A stretch of DNA of 64,000 nucleotides, from contig CAWDDT010000004.1 in NCBI GenBank assembly GCA_963801165.1, positions 640,001 to 704,000 on the forward strand, given 5' to 3'. This stretch comes from an uncultured bacterium (GTDB lineage Bacteria > Actinomycetota > Acidimicrobiia > Spongiisociales > UBA5794). The notes under the pieces are model-generated. The model ran no database searches and was not told the origin of the DNA. It saw only the letters and a program-made list of their open reading frames with translations. Both the position numbers and the translations under genes were made by a program. Positions 49,336 through 61,460 of the stretch are shown piece by piece; position 1 is the stretch's first letter; each line of letters opens with the position of its first letter.

Positions 49336-51104
49336 CCGATCGCCTCGCCGGTCTGCACCTGCCACAGCGATGCGTAGAGGCCGTCGCGCTCGACCAGCTC
49401 CGCGTGGGTGCCCGACTCGACGATGCTGCCGCGCTCCATGACGTGGATGACGTCGGCGTGCCGGATAGTGGAGAGACGGTGGGCGATCACGATGGTCGAC
49501 CGGTCGACGACGAGTCTGGCCAGCGAACGCTGGATCGCCGCTTCAGTGTCGTTGTCGACTGATGAGGTTGCCTCGTCGAGGATGAGGATCGGCGGGTCGA
49601 CCAGCACGGCCCGGGCGATCGACAGCCTCTGCCGCTGGCCGCCGGACAGCTTCTGACCGCGCTCACCGACAACGGTGTCGTAGCCCTCGGGCAACTCGAT
49701 GATGAAGGCGTGCGCCTCGGCCACGTCGGCAGCGGCCACTATCTCCTCGTCGCTGGCTTCGGGGCTGCCGTATGCGACGTTCTCCCGCACGGTGCCGTGG
49801 AACAAGAAGACATCCTGGCCGACGACCGCCATCGCCCGGCGCAGGTTCTGCAGCTCCAGCGATCGGATGTCGCGACCGTCGATGCGGATTGCGCCGTCGG
49901 TGACGTCGTAGAAACGCAACAGCAGCTTGACCAGGGTCGTCTTGCCCGACCCGGTGGCTCCGACGAACGCTGTGGTTGTGCCCGGTTTCAGATCGAGGTC
50001 GATGTTGTTGAGCACCGGATAACCGGGACGGTACGAGAAGTCGACCTGGTCGAACTCGATGTGGCCCGCCACGTCATCGCGTTCCAGGATCCCGTCGCCG
50101 GAGACGATCTCAGCCGGGGTGTCGAGGACGTCGAGGATCCGGTTGGTCGATGCCATTGCCCTCTGGTACTGGTCGAATGTCTGGCCGAGCCGGGTCAGCG
50201 GCCACAACAGCCGCTGGGTTAGAAAGACCATGACGCTGTACGAACCAACCGCGAGCGAGCCCTCGAGCGCCCGGAACCCACCCCACAACAGTGTTGCGGT
50301 GAATCCACAAAGGACCACAACGCGGATGAGCGGCCCGAACGCCGCCGACAGGGCGATGGCGCTCCGGTTGGCCTCGCGGTAGCGCTCGCTCTCGCCGGAC
50401 ACTCGGGCGATCTCGCGGTCCTCTGCCGTGAACGACTTGATGGTGGCGATCCCGCCCAGGTTGTTGCCGAGCAGGCTACTGATGGCGCCTGCCTCCGCCC
50501 GCACCGCGGCGTAGCGGGGCTCCATCTTGCGCTGGAACCGGAACGACCCCCATAGGATCACCGGGATCGGGAGAAACGAAAGCCAGGCGATGCCAGGGGC
50601 GATGATGAAGAAGGCAATGCCGATCAGCACGACGGTGGTCAGTACCTGGATCACCTCGTTGGCGCCGATGTCGAGGAAACGTTCGAGCTGGTTGACGTCG
50701 TCGTTGAGGATCGCCATCAGGTTGCCCGTCGGCTGGTTCTCGAAAAACGCCATCTCGAGGTGCTGCATGTGCGCATAGGTGTCGAGCCGAAGCTCGTGCT
50801 CGATGGTCTGTGCCAGGTTGCGCCAGGCAACACCGAGCAGGTACTCGAAGAGCGATTCCAGTGCCCAGATGACGAAGGTGAGCCCGGCGAGCACCAGGAG
50901 CTGGCGACGGGGGGATTCAAAGCCGGCGTGCGCCAGGAACGAGTCTTGCTTGTTGACGACTACGTCGATGGCCATCCCGATCAGCACCGGGGGAGCGATG
51001 TCCATCGCCTTGTTGAGAATCGACCACAGCGTGGCGCGTACCACCCGGCCGCGATGCGACTCGGCGTATTCCCAGAGACGGCGGAGAGGTGGCTGCCTTT
51101 TCAT
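49332..51104 (-). CDS. ABC exporter, fused permease/ATPase
   Basis: [31 protein letters not shown]. Confidence 0.93.
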   Translation of the reverse strand: MKRQPPLRRLWEYAESHRGRVVRATLWSILNKAMDIAPPVLIGMAIDVVVNKQDSFLAHAGFESPRRQLLVLAGLTFVIWALESLFEYLLGVAWRNLAQTIEHELRLDTYAHMQHLEMAFFENQPTGNLMAILNDDVNQLERFLDIGANEVIQVLTTVVLIGIAFFIIAPGIAWLSFLPIPVILWGSFRFQRKMEPRYAAVRAEAGAISSLLGNNLGGIATIKSFTAEDREIARVSGESERYREANRSAIALSAAFGPLIRVVVLCGFTATLLWGGFRALEGSLAVGSYSVMVFLTQRLLWPLTRLGQTFDQYQRAMASTNRILDVLDTPAEIVSGDGILERDDVAGHIEFDQVDFSYRPGYPVLNNIDLDLKPGTTTAFVGATGSGKTTLVKLLLRFYDVTDGAIRIDGRDIRSLELQNLRRAMAVVGQDVFLFHGTVRENVAYGSPEASDEEIVAAADVAEAHAFIIELPEGYDTVVGERGQKLSGGQRQRLSIARAVLVDPPILILDEATSSVDNDTEAAIQRSLARLVVDRSTIVIAHRLSTIRHADVIHVMERGSIVESGTHAELVERDGLYASLWQVQTGEAIG

Positions 51105-51174
51105 GAAGTGCACAGCGTAGGGACCGCACGGCGCGTCGGGCGTTCGAGAGGGGTGTCGCTGCCATACTTGGAGG

Positions 51175-51789
51175 GTGGTTCCCTTCCCGATGTTCCCGCT
51201 CGGTGTCGTCCTGTTTCCGGGCGCTTACCTGCCGTTACAGGTCTTCGAGCCGCGGTATCGCCGGCTCGTTGCGGACCTACCCGGCCACGACAACCGGTTT
51301 GGCGTCGTTCTCATCCGGCGCGGCCAGGAGGTCGGAGGCGGCGACGAGCGGCACGACGTGGGCACGATTGCGGAAGTTGTGATGCAGGAGGAAGTCGGTG
51401 ACGGGCCGTATCTACTCACCGCCGTGGGCCGCGAGCGAATCCGGGTGACGCAGTGGCTGGCTGACGATCCATACCCACGTGCCGTGGTCGCCGAGATGCC
51501 GTCTAGCTATCACGCGGTGGATCTCGCTGCTGCGCTCGCATCAGCGGCGAACGCCAGAAAGCAGGTGCTGGGGCTCGCCGTAGAGATGGGGGTCGACGGA
51601 CGGTACCTGGATATCCAGTTGCCGGGCGATCCGGAGCAGGCCGCCTGGACCCTTTGCGATGCGTCACCCATCGGGGCGTTCGACCGGCAACGTCTCCTCG
51701 AAATCGACGATCCGGTGCTCCGTCTCGGCATGCTCACAGACGCCCTCGACGCCCATGCCAACGACCTCCGCCGGGCCATGGAGCATTAG
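51175..51789 (+). CDS. LON peptidase substrate-binding (LON N-terminal) domain protein
   Basis: [39 protein letters not shown]. Confidence 0.9.
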   Translation: MVPFPMFPLGVVLFPGAYLPLQVFEPRYRRLVADLPGHDNRFGVVLIRRGQEVGGGDERHDVGTIAEVVMQEEVGDGPYLLTAVGRERIRVTQWLADDPYPRAVVAEMPSSYHAVDLAAALASAANARKQVLGLAVEMGVDGRYLDIQLPGDPEQAAWTLCDASPIGAFDRQRLLEIDDPVLRLGMLTDALDAHANDLRRAMEH

Positions 51790-51804
51790 ACGCCGGAGGC
51801 GTGG

Positions 51805-54324
51805 CTAGCCGCCACCACCACCGCCGAGATTGGGCTCCCCGACGATGATGGTTATCTGCTGGCCGGGTTCGACGAGGGAGCCCGCAGGCGGGTTGGTGCT
51901 GATCACCTTCCCGACTTGATTGGGATTGTCGGTGGGCACGTACTGGAAGGTCCAGGTGAGGTTGAGACCGGACGCGTCGTTGAAGGCGGTGATCGCCGCT
52001 TCCACATCAGTTAGCGAAATACCCGCGAGATTGACCAGCTCGGGAGGAATCCCCGACGAGAAGTGGACCGTCACCGTGCCGCCCTGGGTCACCTCGACGC
52101 CCGCGGCCGGGCTCTGATCGAGGAACGTCCCCTCCGGCTCGACCGAGGCGATGCTCTCGATCGTTGGGCGTAGCCCGGCATGGAGAATCTCGGTCTTGGC
52201 GTCTGCCTCGTTCATCCCGCTGACATCGGGGACCTCGGTCTTGGGAACCCGGAAGAACGCGTCCGTACCATCAGGTCCCGGCGGGAACTCCTCCGCGGGG
52301 AGATCCTTTGTGATGTAGCTCATGAACTCGTTCCACACCGGGGCGGCGACGGTGCCGCCGTAGGCGCGCCTGATCGAGACCACTTTGTCGGAGCGCTCGT
52401 CGTATACCCCGAAGTTGACCATCTCGACCTGGGCGTCGGGGTACCCCACCCACACTGCAGTCGTGTACTGGGGGACGGCACCCACGAACCAGACGTCGTG
52501 GAAGTCCTGGGCTGTGCCCGTCTTGCCGAACTGGTCGCGACCGATGTTGGCGGCAGGTGCGGTGCCTCCCGACCGGGGTACCTTCCGCAGCGTCCGCACC
52601 ACCGCTGCCATGAGGGCCTCATCGGCCACCCGGGTCGGGTTCGTCTCGTGCTGGTAGATGACGTTCCCGTCGGCATCCTTGATGCTCTCGATGAGATAGC
52701 TGTCGACCTTGTTCCCGTAGTTGGCGATGGTCGTATAGGCGGATGCCATCTCCAGCGGGGTTACGGCATTCGTCCCGAGAGCGATCGACAGCACCGGCTG
52801 GAGCGGCGACTGGATACCCATTTTGTGCGCCACGTCTGCGATCTTCTCCGGCCCAACCGCTTGTGACACCTGTGCGTAAACCGTGTTCTTGGACGTGTAC
52901 GTCGCCTGTTCGAGGGTAATGATCCCCGAGCCTCCAAGCCCGGCGTTGTTGACGGTCCAGATGTTGCCTTGCGGGCTGCACGGGTAGCCACAGTCGATCT
53001 TCTGTGGGCTCGTCTGATCCCAATAGCTGCCAAGGGTGATCTGCCACCCGTACTTGCTCCCGTTCTCCAGCGCCGCGATCAGGGCAAACGGCTTGAACGA
53101 CGACCCGGCCTGGCGGCGGGCGAGGACCGCGAGGTCGTATGGGCGCTCGCCTGCTGCGAGATCGTTCCCGTAGTCGAGACCGGACGAGATCACCCTGATG
53201 GCGCCCGTTTCGTTTTCGACCATGGCAATGGCGCCGGTCGGGCCGTCCGGGTCCCGGAACCAGGAACGCAGCATCCGGTTGGCTTCCTGCTGCTGCTCGT
53301 AGTTGACCGTCACCGTGATCGTCAGCCCGCCGCCTCCCTCACATTCGGTGTCACTGGCAGGGCAGCCGAAAATCGCCCGCTTGCGCTGGGTGTACGTGTC
53401 GCCGAGCCCGAACTTCGGGTCGGAGAGGAGGCGCCTCTTGGCCTCGATGATGATACGGGGGTCGACCTCCTGGAAGTCCTGGTGCTCGATCGGAGCGAGC
53501 GGCTCTTTCACGGCGGCCGTGGCCTGCTCCTCGGTGATGAACCCGTTCTTCTCCATCTGGGCGATCACCGAGTTACGGCGATCGAGCACGCCGGCGACCC
53601 TGGTCGGATCCCGCATGTCGTAGACCGAGGGATTGCGAATCGGGACCGAGATTGCGGCGGCCTCGGCGATGGAGAGCTCGTCGAGGCTCTTGCCGAAGTA
53701 CTCCTGAGCCGCGGCGGTCACGCCGTACGCGTTGTAGCCGAAGAACTGTGAGTTCAGGTAGTACTCGAGGATCTGGTCCTTGGTGTAGCGGCGCTCCAAC
53801 TCGGCGGCAATGACTGCCTCGCAGATCTTCCGGTTGAGCGTGATCTCATCCCCGAGAATGGTCTTCTTGATGACCTGCTGGGTGATCGTCGAGCCACCCC
53901 GGGTGTGGCTCGAGGTGGCGTTGTCGATGGCGGCGCTCAGAATCGAGGTGAAGTCGATGCCGGCGTGGTGATAGAAGTCTCCGTCCTCGGCCGAGATCAC
54001 GGCGTCCTTTACGACGTCGGGGATCTCGTCGATTGAGACAGGCTGGCTGTTCTTCTCAGTGATCTTGCCGAGCAGCGTCCCGTCGCTCGTATAAACGGTC
54101 GAGAGGCTCCCCAGGGTGGGGAAGCTCAGGTCGTAGTTATTGGGGTCGCAGAACAGGTTGTTGGTGACGTCCTGCACGGTGCCGAACGCAGCATTCGACT
54201 CGAGGAAGGAGAACATGCCGAACAGCGATGCTCCCAATACCGTGATCACGGCGAGCATCGCGAGACTGGAAGCGCGCTTGCCGCGTCGCTCCCGGCGTTC
54301 CGAGAGGTGAATGCTTGGATCCAT
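51805..54324 (-). CDS. Class A penicillin-binding protein (transglycosylase/transpeptidase) with two PASTA domains
   Basis: [27 protein letters not shown] (SxxK), SKN, KTG, VPDVSGM PASTA. Confidence 0.93.
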   Translation of the reverse strand: MDPSIHLSERRERRGKRASSLAMLAVITVLGASLFGMFSFLESNAAFGTVQDVTNNLFCDPNNYDLSFPTLGSLSTVYTSDGTLLGKITEKNSQPVSIDEIPDVVKDAVISAEDGDFYHHAGIDFTSILSAAIDNATSSHTRGGSTITQQVIKKTILGDEITLNRKICEAVIAAELERRYTKDQILEYYLNSQFFGYNAYGVTAAAQEYFGKSLDELSIAEAAAISVPIRNPSVYDMRDPTRVAGVLDRRNSVIAQMEKNGFITEEQATAAVKEPLAPIEHQDFQEVDPRIIIEAKRRLLSDPKFGLGDTYTQRKRAIFGCPASDTECEGGGGLTITVTVNYEQQQEANRMLRSWFRDPDGPTGAIAMVENETGAIRVISSGLDYGNDLAAGERPYDLAVLARRQAGSSFKPFALIAALENGSKYGWQITLGSYWDQTSPQKIDCGYPCSPQGNIWTVNNAGLGGSGIITLEQATYTSKNTVYAQVSQAVGPEKIADVAHKMGIQSPLQPVLSIALGTNAVTPLEMASAYTTIANYGNKVDSYLIESIKDADGNVIYQHETNPTRVADEALMAAVVRTLRKVPRSGGTAPAANIGRDQFGKTGTAQDFHDVWFVGAVPQYTTAVWVGYPDAQVEMVNFGVYDERSDKVVSIRRAYGGTVAAPVWNEFMSYITKDLPAEEFPPGPDGTDAFFRVPKTEVPDVSGMNEADAKTEILHAGLRPTIESIASVEPEGTFLDQSPAAGVEVTQGGTVTVHFSSGIPPELVNLAGISLTDVEAAITAFNDASGLNLTWTFQYVPTDNPNQVGKVISTNPPAGSLVEPGQQITIIVGEPNLGGGGGG

Positions 54325-54406
54325 AGAGCTAACGAGTAGTAAGACGTTTTCGGCGCCGGGATGGTTCCCATGGGTAGCATCCCGGGCAGTCGACGAGATG
54401 ATAGGT

Positions 54407-55984
54407 ATGTCAGCGGACAACGAGAGGTTTTGGGCCACCAGCGGCTTCGAGATCGGGCCGGTCTACCGACCCGAGGATCTCGAAGAATGGGACCCGGGGG
54501 CCGAGCTGGGAGCGCCCGGCCAGTTCCCGTACACCCGTGGCCCCTATCCGGACATGTACCGGGGCCGGAAATGGACCATGCGCCAATACGCAGGGTTCGG
54601 GTCTGCTGCGCAGACCAACGAGAGGTTCCGGGGCCTTCTCGAAGCCGGGCAGACAGGGCTCTCGGTGGCGTTTGACCTGCCTACGCAGATGGGGTTCGAC
54701 TCGGATGCTCCTCTCGCTCGAGGTGAGGTGGGCCGGGTGGGCGTGGCCATCGACACGATCGAAGACATGCGAGCCCTGTTCGACCGGATTCCCCTCGGCG
54801 AGGTATCCACCTCCATGACGATCAACGCCACCGCCGCCGTCCTGTTGCTTCTCTACGAACTCGTCGCCGAGGAGCAGGGCGTGCCGGGTTCCGAGCTGAC
54901 AGGGACTGTACAAAACGACATCCTCAAGGAGTACATCGCTCGCGGCACGTACATCTACCCGGTGCAGCCGTCGATGCGGCTCGTCACCGACCTGTTTGCT
55001 TACTGTGCCGCCGAAGTACCCAAGTGGAACACCATCTCGATCAGCGGGTATCACATTCGCGAGGCCGGGTCGACCGCCGCCCAGGAGATCGCGTTCACGA
55101 TCAGCAACGGCCTCGCCTACGTGGATGCCGCACGCCGGGCCGGGCTCGACGTGGACGACTTTGCTCCCCGGCTCTCGTTCTTCTGGAACGCCCACAACCA
55201 CCTTTTCGAGGAGGTTGCCAAGTTCCGAGCCGCCCGGCGCATCTGGGCCAGGCTGATGCGTGACAGGGTCGGAGCCAACAACCCGGCCTCGTGGCGGATG
55301 CGCTTCCACACCCAGACCGCAGGCTCCACGCTCACCGCCCAGCAACCGCTCGTGAATGTGGTTCGCACCGCCTACCAGGCGCTGGCGGCCGTCCTGGGAG
55401 GCACACAGTCGTTGCACACGAACTCATTTGATGAAGCTCTCGGTCTGCCGACAGACGAGTCGGCCCTGCTGGCCTTACGCACCCAACAGGTGCTCGGCTA
55501 CGAGTCGGGTGCTGGCGACACGGTCGACCCGCTTGCCGGCTCGTACTACGTCGAGTCACTGACCAACTCGGTCGAGCAGGCAGCCCTCGAGCTCATTGGG
55601 CAGATCGACGCCCTCGGTGGTGCGGTCGCCGCCATCGATGCCGGCTTCCAGGTCGGGCAGATCGAAGAGTCCGCCTATCGTCACGCCCGGGCCGTCGACG
55701 AGGGTGAGACGATCGTCGTGGGGGTCAACCGTTTCGCCACCGCCGACGAGGCCGGCCCCGAGGTCCTCACCATCGACCCGGAGCTCGAGCGTCGCCAGAT
55801 CGAGTCGCTTGCCCGGGTGAGGGCGAGCCGGGACCAGGCGGCAGTTGACGCGTCGCTGGCGCTAATCGAGGAGACGGCCCGGGGCTCGGGCAACGTGCTG
55901 TATCCGATGAAACAGGCGCTCCGGGAGCGAGCCACACTCGGTGAGGTGTCCACCGCTCTGGCAGGAGTCTTCGGCCACTACTGA
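54407..55984 (+). CDS. Methylmalonyl-CoA mutase large (substrate-binding) subunit
   Basis: [15 protein letters not shown] (Tyr), [14 protein letters not shown] (Arg); no B12-binding domain. Confidence 0.88.
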   Translation: MSADNERFWATSGFEIGPVYRPEDLEEWDPGAELGAPGQFPYTRGPYPDMYRGRKWTMRQYAGFGSAAQTNERFRGLLEAGQTGLSVAFDLPTQMGFDSDAPLARGEVGRVGVAIDTIEDMRALFDRIPLGEVSTSMTINATAAVLLLLYELVAEEQGVPGSELTGTVQNDILKEYIARGTYIYPVQPSMRLVTDLFAYCAAEVPKWNTISISGYHIREAGSTAAQEIAFTISNGLAYVDAARRAGLDVDDFAPRLSFFWNAHNHLFEEVAKFRAARRIWARLMRDRVGANNPASWRMRFHTQTAGSTLTAQQPLVNVVRTAYQALAAVLGGTQSLHTNSFDEALGLPTDESALLALRTQQVLGYESGAGDTVDPLAGSYYVESLTNSVEQAALELIGQIDALGGAVAAIDAGFQVGQIEESAYRHARAVDEGETIVVGVNRFATADEAGPEVLTIDPELERRQIESLARVRASRDQAAVDASLALIEETARGSGNVLYPMKQALRERATLGEVSTALAGVFGHY

Positions 55985-56048
55985 GCCAATTCCCGAGCCC
56001 GGGCTAGCGGAGCAAAGCGTTGCTCCCGAACATGAGCTTCCCCGGCCC

Positions 56049-56087
56049 GAGTTTGCGGAGCAAACTCAAACCTCACCAAAGGTGAGG
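56049..56087. repeat. Double-hairpin intergenic element between convergent genes (related to 13418-13455); may act as a terminator
   Basis: GAGTTTGC-GGA-GCAAACTC AAA CCTCACC-AAA-GGTGAGG. Confidence 0.7.
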
Positions 56088-56090
56088 CCG

Positions 56091-57848
56091 TTACTTGACC
56101 ACCATTAGGACTGCGCCGCTGGCGACGGTGTCGCCGGTCTGGACACGGAGATCGACGATCTCGCCGTCCTTGGTCGACTTGATCTCGTTCTCCATCTTCA
56201 TGGCTTCGAGGACACAGAGCGGCTCGCCCTCCTTGACGGTATCGCCTGCCGCCTTGTGCACCTTGACGATGGTTCCTTGCATCGGTGCGCTGATGATGCC
56301 GCTGTCGTCGCCCGGAGCGGAGCGGCGCTCCAGCTTGGGGGGCCGGCGTCGGGGCGCTGCTTTCTGACCGCCGGCCGCCGGGGCTGCCATGATCGGCGCC
56401 CAATAGCGCACGGGGAACCGTCGGCCCCCGACCTCGACGGTGATCGAGCGCTCTTCGAGCTCCTCGTCGCTGGGCAGATGCGGGGTGACCTCGAGGTCGA
56501 GATCGGAGAAGTCGACGCTCTCTTCGACGAAGCGGGTGGAGTACTCCCCGGACCGGAAGCCTTCCGTGTCGATGATCGTCTGGTGCGCGGGGATCGTGGT
56601 AACCAGACCCGTGATCTCGAACGACTCGAGGGCGTAACGTCCCCTCTCGATGGCCTCGGTGCGATCCCGCCCCCACACGATCAGCTTGGCAACCAGGTTG
56701 TCGTAGTACTGGCTGATCACCGACTTTGCCGTGACGCCGCTGTCGACCCGCACACCGGGTCCCCCCGGCTCGTGGTACTCGACGATTGTGCCCGGGCTCG
56801 GCATGAAGTTCCGCGCCGGGTTCTCCGCATTGACCCGGAATTCGATGGCGTGCCCGCGCGGCTCGACGTCGCTGAAGGAGAGTGGCTCGCCCGCGGCGAT
56901 CCGTAGTTGCTCCTTCACCAGATCGATCCCGGTCACCGCTTCCGTGACCGTGTGCTCCACCTGGATTCGAGTGTTCATCTCGAGGAAGTAGAGCTTTCCT
57001 TCCCGGGACATGAGGAACTCGACGGTTCCCGCCGATATGTAACCCGTCGCCCGTGCTATCGCCAGAGCCGCGGCAGCGATTTCCTCTCGCTGTTCCGCGG
57101 TGACGCTAGGAGCGGGGGTCTCCTCGATCAGCTTCTGATGCCGCCGCTGGATAGAACAGTCACGCTCCCCGAGGAACACCGCGTTTCCGTGGGTGTCGCA
57201 AATGATCTGGGCCTCGATGTGGCGGGGCAGCTCGAGATACTTCTCGACATATACCTCGGCCCGGGAGAAGTAGGCGTCGGCTTCGCGGCAGGCGGCCTCG
57301 AATGCATCGTTCACCGCGGTTGCCGCCCGTACGACGCGGAGGCCCTTACCGCCTCCGCCGTGAGCCGCTTTGATGACGAGCGGGTAACCGTGCTCCTCAC
57401 CAAAGGCGGTGACGCCTTCGGCAGACTCGAGCGGCTCCATAGTTCCCGGCACAGCGGCGATACCTGCGGCCGCAGCCGCGACCCGTGACGTGATCTTGTC
57501 GCCCATGGTGGCGATAGCCTCGGGCGGTGGCCCAACCCAGATCAGCCCGGCATCGATCACGGCACGAGCAAAGTTTGCGTTCTCAGCAAGGAACCCATAC
57601 CCGGGGTGTACCGCCGAGGCGTTGGCGGACGCTGCCACCTCGAGCATCCGCTCGATGTTCAGGTAGGAGTCGGCTGCCGGTGCGGGGCCGATGTTCCATG
57701 CCTCGTCGGCGAGTTGGACGTGTCGGGCGTTGCGATCGAGCTCGGAGTAGACAGCAATTGCCCGCAGACCGAGCTCCTTTGCCGCGCGGATCACCCGAAC
57801 CGCGATCTCTCCACGATTGGCAACTAGCACTGATTCCACGAGGGTCAT
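56091..57848 (-). CDS. Acetyl/propionyl-CoA carboxylase alpha subunit (biotin carboxylase + BCCP)
   Basis: ANRGEIA, HPGYGFLAEN, GGGGKG, EMNTRIQVEH, EAMKM biotin site. Confidence 0.95.
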   Translation of the reverse strand: MTLVESVLVANRGEIAVRVIRAAKELGLRAIAVYSELDRNARHVQLADEAWNIGPAPAADSYLNIERMLEVAASANASAVHPGYGFLAENANFARAVIDAGLIWVGPPPEAIATMGDKITSRVAAAAAGIAAVPGTMEPLESAEGVTAFGEEHGYPLVIKAAHGGGGKGLRVVRAATAVNDAFEAACREADAYFSRAEVYVEKYLELPRHIEAQIICDTHGNAVFLGERDCSIQRRHQKLIEETPAPSVTAEQREEIAAAALAIARATGYISAGTVEFLMSREGKLYFLEMNTRIQVEHTVTEAVTGIDLVKEQLRIAAGEPLSFSDVEPRGHAIEFRVNAENPARNFMPSPGTIVEYHEPGGPGVRVDSGVTAKSVISQYYDNLVAKLIVWGRDRTEAIERGRYALESFEITGLVTTIPAHQTIIDTEGFRSGEYSTRFVEESVDFSDLDLEVTPHLPSDEELEERSITVEVGGRRFPVRYWAPIMAAPAAGGQKAAPRRRPPKLERRSAPGDDSGIISAPMQGTIVKVHKAAGDTVKEGEPLCVLEAMKMENEIKSTKDGEIVDLRVQTGDTVASGAVLMVVK

Positions 57849-57863
57849 CCTAGAGCCAGTGCA

Positions 57864-59414
57864 CTAGAGAGGGATGTTGCCGTGCTTGCGAGGAGGCATG
57901 GCCTCCCGCTTGGTCCGCAACATCTCGAGCGCCCGGATCAGGCGGGGTCTTGTCTCTCGCGGCTCTATCACCTCATCGACGAACCCACGCTCAGCCGCGA
58001 CATACGGGTTGTTGAACTGGCCTTCGTATTGGTCGATCAGCTCCTGACGCCGCACGGCAGGATCGTCGGCACCCGCGATGTCGCGGCGGTGGATGACGTT
58101 GACGGCGCCCTGAGCCCCCATCACGGCGATCTCGGCGGTGGGCCAGGCATACACGACGTCGGCTCGCAGCGCCCGTGAGTTCATCACGACGTATGCCCCC
58201 CCATATGCCTTGCGGGTGATCACCGTGATCTTGGGGACGGTGGCCTCCGAGTAGGCGTACAGCAGCTTGGCGCCATGGCGAATGATCCCCCCGTGCTCCT
58301 GCTCGATACCGGGGAGGAAGCCGGGAACGTCGACGAACGTAACGATCGGGATGTTGAAGGCATCGCAGAAGCGGATGAAGCGGGCGGCCTTCCCCGACGA
58401 GGCGATATCGAGCGTCCCCGCCAGGACCGAAGGTTGATTGCCTATGACACCGACGGCATACCCGTCGATCCGGGCGAACCCGACGACGATGTTGGCGGCA
58501 TAGTGCTCGTGAACCTGATAGAACTCGCCGTCGTCGACGACCATGTCGATCAGATCGACCATGTCGTAAGGCGAGCTGGAGTTGCTCGGGATGATCGTGG
58601 TCAGTGCTTCGTCCATCCGGTCGGGGGCATCCAGCGGGGTGAAGAAGGGTGGTACCTCCATGTTGTTCCGGGGGAGGAAGGACAACAGGTAACGGACTTC
58701 CTCGAGGGCGGCCCGGTCATCGGTGGCGACGAAGTGGGTGACCCCCGACTTGGAGCCGTGGGCGTGCGCCCCGCCGAGGTCTTCGAAGGTGACGTCCTCC
58801 CCGGTGACCGCCCGGATGACATCGGGCCCCGTGATGAACAGATGGGAGAGACCCTCCACCTGATAGACGAAGTCGGTGATGGCGGGTGAATAGACGGCGC
58901 CGCCGGCGCACGGGCCCATTACGACCGAGATCTGCGGGATCACCCCCGAGGCGCGCACGTTGCGCTCGAAGATCCTGCCGTAGCCGTCGAGGGCGGTCAC
59001 GCCCTCCTGAATGCGTGCTCCCCCCGAGTCCTTGAGCCCGATGATGGGTGCGCCCGTGTCCATCGCCAGATCCATCACCTTGCAGATCTTGTCGGCGACG
59101 ACTTCGCCGAGGCTGCCGCCAAATGCTGTGAAGTCCTCGGCAAAGACAAACGCGGTGCGCCCGTCGATCGTGCCCCATCCGGTGATCACAGCGTCCCCGA
59201 GCGGTCGGTTGTCCTCGATCCCGAACCCGGTGGCCTGGTGCTGGACGAGCATGTCCATCTCGTTGAACGAGCCCTTGTCGAGGAGGGTCTCTACGCGCTC
59301 GCGTGCCGTCAGCTTGCCCAGGTCGTGCTGACGGTCCTGGGCGCGCCTGCTGGCCGGTTCCTGTGCGGCTGCCCGCAATCGGCGGAGCTGCTCGATCAGT
59401 TCGTCCGTGGTCAC
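57864..59414 (-). CDS. pccB: Acyl-CoA (propionyl-CoA) carboxylase beta subunit
   Basis: GKLTARER, DSGGARIQEG, GPCAGGAVYSP, DVPGFLPG, KHGNIPL. Confidence 0.93.
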   Translation of the reverse strand: MTTDELIEQLRRLRAAAQEPASRRAQDRQHDLGKLTARERVETLLDKGSFNEMDMLVQHQATGFGIEDNRPLGDAVITGWGTIDGRTAFVFAEDFTAFGGSLGEVVADKICKVMDLAMDTGAPIIGLKDSGGARIQEGVTALDGYGRIFERNVRASGVIPQISVVMGPCAGGAVYSPAITDFVYQVEGLSHLFITGPDVIRAVTGEDVTFEDLGGAHAHGSKSGVTHFVATDDRAALEEVRYLLSFLPRNNMEVPPFFTPLDAPDRMDEALTTIIPSNSSSPYDMVDLIDMVVDDGEFYQVHEHYAANIVVGFARIDGYAVGVIGNQPSVLAGTLDIASSGKAARFIRFCDAFNIPIVTFVDVPGFLPGIEQEHGGIIRHGAKLLYAYSEATVPKITVITRKAYGGAYVVMNSRALRADVVYAWPTAEIAVMGAQGAVNVIHRRDIAGADDPAVRRQELIDQYEGQFNNPYVAAERGFVDEVIEPRETRPRLIRALEMLRTKREAMPPRKHGNIPL

Positions 59415-59469
59415 AACCCGGTCTCCCGTTAATGTCTCCGTGTGTCTGTATGACTCACAGAAGCGCGAT

Positions 59470-60150
59470 ATGGCTACACCCTACGTCACCCTCATCAGGA
59501 ATGTGGTGGCTTCCACTCAAGATCTAGCCGCAGAGCGGTTCGATGCAACCGATGTACCTGTGCTGGTTGTGGCGGGCCGACAGACCGCAGGGCGCGGCCG
59601 CAGCGGCAACGGCTGGTGGCAGGCGGTGCGGGCCGTCGCCGCTTCGCTGGCGTTTTCGCCGGACATGTTTCCGGTCGAGGACTCGTTCTCCCTCGCTGTT
59701 GGTCTGGCCGTGCGGGACGCCATAGGCCGGGTATGCGCTGTCGCCGTGAACCTCAAATGGCCCAACGACATCGTGCTCGGCGCGGCGAAGGTGGCCGGTG
59801 TCCTCGTCGAGCGCAGCGACGAGCGTGTGGTCGTCGGGTGCGGAATCAACCTGTATTGGCCCGAGCCCCCTGATGGGGCTTGCGGTCTCTTCGACGCCGA
59901 CCCGGGCCCCACGCTTGGGGAAACGCTCAGCGAAGCGTGGGCATCACAGATCATCGACACTGAGGGCCACTGGGATCGGGCCGCATACGTTGCGGCATGT
60001 ACGACGATCGGTGCGGACATCACCTGGCAGCCGACTGGCCGGGGCACTGCCGTTACCGTCGACGATATCGGCGGCCTGGTGGTGGAGACCGACACAGGCC
60101 GGGTCACCCTGCGCTCCGGCGAAGTCACGACGATCCGCCCCGCCCACTGA
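59470..60150 (+). CDS. birA: Biotin--[acetyl-CoA-carboxylase] ligase (no HTH)
   Basis: STQD, QTAGRGRSG, LKWPND, KVAGVLVE, GCGIN. Confidence 0.9.
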   Translation: MATPYVTLIRNVVASTQDLAAERFDATDVPVLVVAGRQTAGRGRSGNGWWQAVRAVAASLAFSPDMFPVEDSFSLAVGLAVRDAIGRVCAVAVNLKWPNDIVLGAAKVAGVLVERSDERVVVGCGINLYWPEPPDGACGLFDADPGPTLGETLSEAWASQIIDTEGHWDRAAYVAACTTIGADITWQPTGRGTAVTVDDIGGLVVETDTGRVTLRSGEVTTIRPAH

Positions 60151-60222
60151 TCGTTCCCGTTCCGGCGTACATTCGGCGCCCTGGCGACCGCCTGCTGTAC
60201 GCAAGCTCGGGGAAGCGTGCGG

Positions 60223-61332
60223 TTAACTCCGGCGTCTCTTGATCTTGGGAGGCTTGCTTTGCTGGGTTCGCTGCTGGACCCTGCGTGCGCCGGAACGTGC
60301 CCGCATGGAGTCTGCCACTTCCGTGTCACGGAACCAGTTGGCGATTCTGCGGAAGAGGTTCGGCTTTGGTGGCTTGGCCTGGGTCGTGCGCGAAACCACA
60401 GTCTGTGCCACCTTGGTTCGTTTGACCCGCTGCGCCACCGTCGGGCTGGCGACCTTGTTCTCACGGGGCCCGTAGGTGCTTCTGCGGGCATGGCGCCCCG
60501 GGGTACCCGCCGCTGCTCCCGCCACGCGTGTTGTCCCCACCTGCCGCTGCGGCTGGAGGATGGCGATGGTGGCGATAAGCGCGATGAGGGTCAGCCCCAC
60601 GATTGTCAGCCACCACCAGTTGTTGCCAAGGAACGAGTCGCTGCCGGGCCCGTCGGGAGCGATTGCAACCAGTGTCGTCGTGGTGCTCACCACCGGAGCC
60701 ACCGTTGTTGTGGTCGACGAGGTCGTCGTCGCGGGTGCCGCCGTCGTCGTTTCGGGGGCTTCCGTTGTGGTGGTGGTCGATGTCGTGGTCGACGTGGTCG
60801 TGGTTGGCGGCTCTGTGGTGGTTGTCGTCGTTGTGGTGGTCGCCGGGGCCTTCGTTGTTGTCGTCGTCGGCGGGCGGGTCGTAGTCGTTGTGGTGGTCGT
60901 TGTCGTCGGGGCGGTAGTTGTTGTCGTCGTGTCTGGATAGTCACGGCGATGGTGCAGGTGCCTCCACCGCCGGCGGCCACTTCGCTCGACCTTGACGGAG
61001 CCCGACCCGGTTGCGTTGGCGCCGGCGCTGATCGACACGACCACCGACCAGGCACCGCCTCCGTCGCCCACTGAGCCACCGCCAACAGCGCTTGCGGATA
61101 CCCCCGTTGCAGAGATCGCGGCAACGGCGGCCCCGTCCGACTGGAAATTGACCGTCCGGGAGACGCTCCCGCCCTGATCGACGGTGGCGGTACCAGGGCA
61201 TCCACCAGGCGCCACGGCCGCTTCTGCTCCCGGGCTGTGTGCCACCAGGATCGATACAGACGCCAGCAACAACAACGCGGCCGCCACCATCGGGTAGCGA
61301 GGAGCGACCATCTGTGATCTGCTACGACTCAC
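60223..61332 (-). CDS. Surface protein: signal peptide, Gly/Ser-rich beta domain, long Thr-rich stalk, TM, basic cytoplasmic tail
   Basis: Hydrophobic N-terminus, (T)n repeats, WWWLTIVGLTLIALIATIAIL TM; internal segment appears locally frameshifted. Confidence 0.72.
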   Translation of the reverse strand: MSRSRSQMVAPRYPMVAAALLLLASVSILVAHSPGAEAAVAPGGCPGTATVDQGGSVSRTVNFQSDGAAVAAISATGVSASAVGGGSVGDGGGAWSVVVSISAGANATGSGSVKVERSGRRRWRHLHHRRDYPDTTTTTTAPTTTTTTTTTTRPPTTTTTKAPATTTTTTTTTEPPTTTTSTTTSTTTTTEAPETTTAAPATTTSSTTTTVAPVVSTTTTLVAIAPDGPGSDSFLGNNWWWLTIVGLTLIALIATIAILQPQRQVGTTRVAGAAAGTPGRHARRSTYGPRENKVASPTVAQRVKRTKVAQTVVSRTTQAKPPKPNLFRRIANWFRDTEVADSMRARSGARRVQQRTQQSKPPKIKRRRS

Positions 61333-61460
61333 CTAATTACCTGCCCTCGGCATTACCTGTCTTCGGCTGCGTAAGACTAGACACCAGCGCAACCCCTTTT
61401 CCCGAGAGTAGCGCGGACGCCCAAATGCTCAATCGGCCCGAACCGGCGAATTCTTGAGTG

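Noticed and set aside
54325-54406. Cobalamin riboswitch upstream of the mutases or pduO
   Set aside because: The intergenic spaces are too short and no B12-box is visible.
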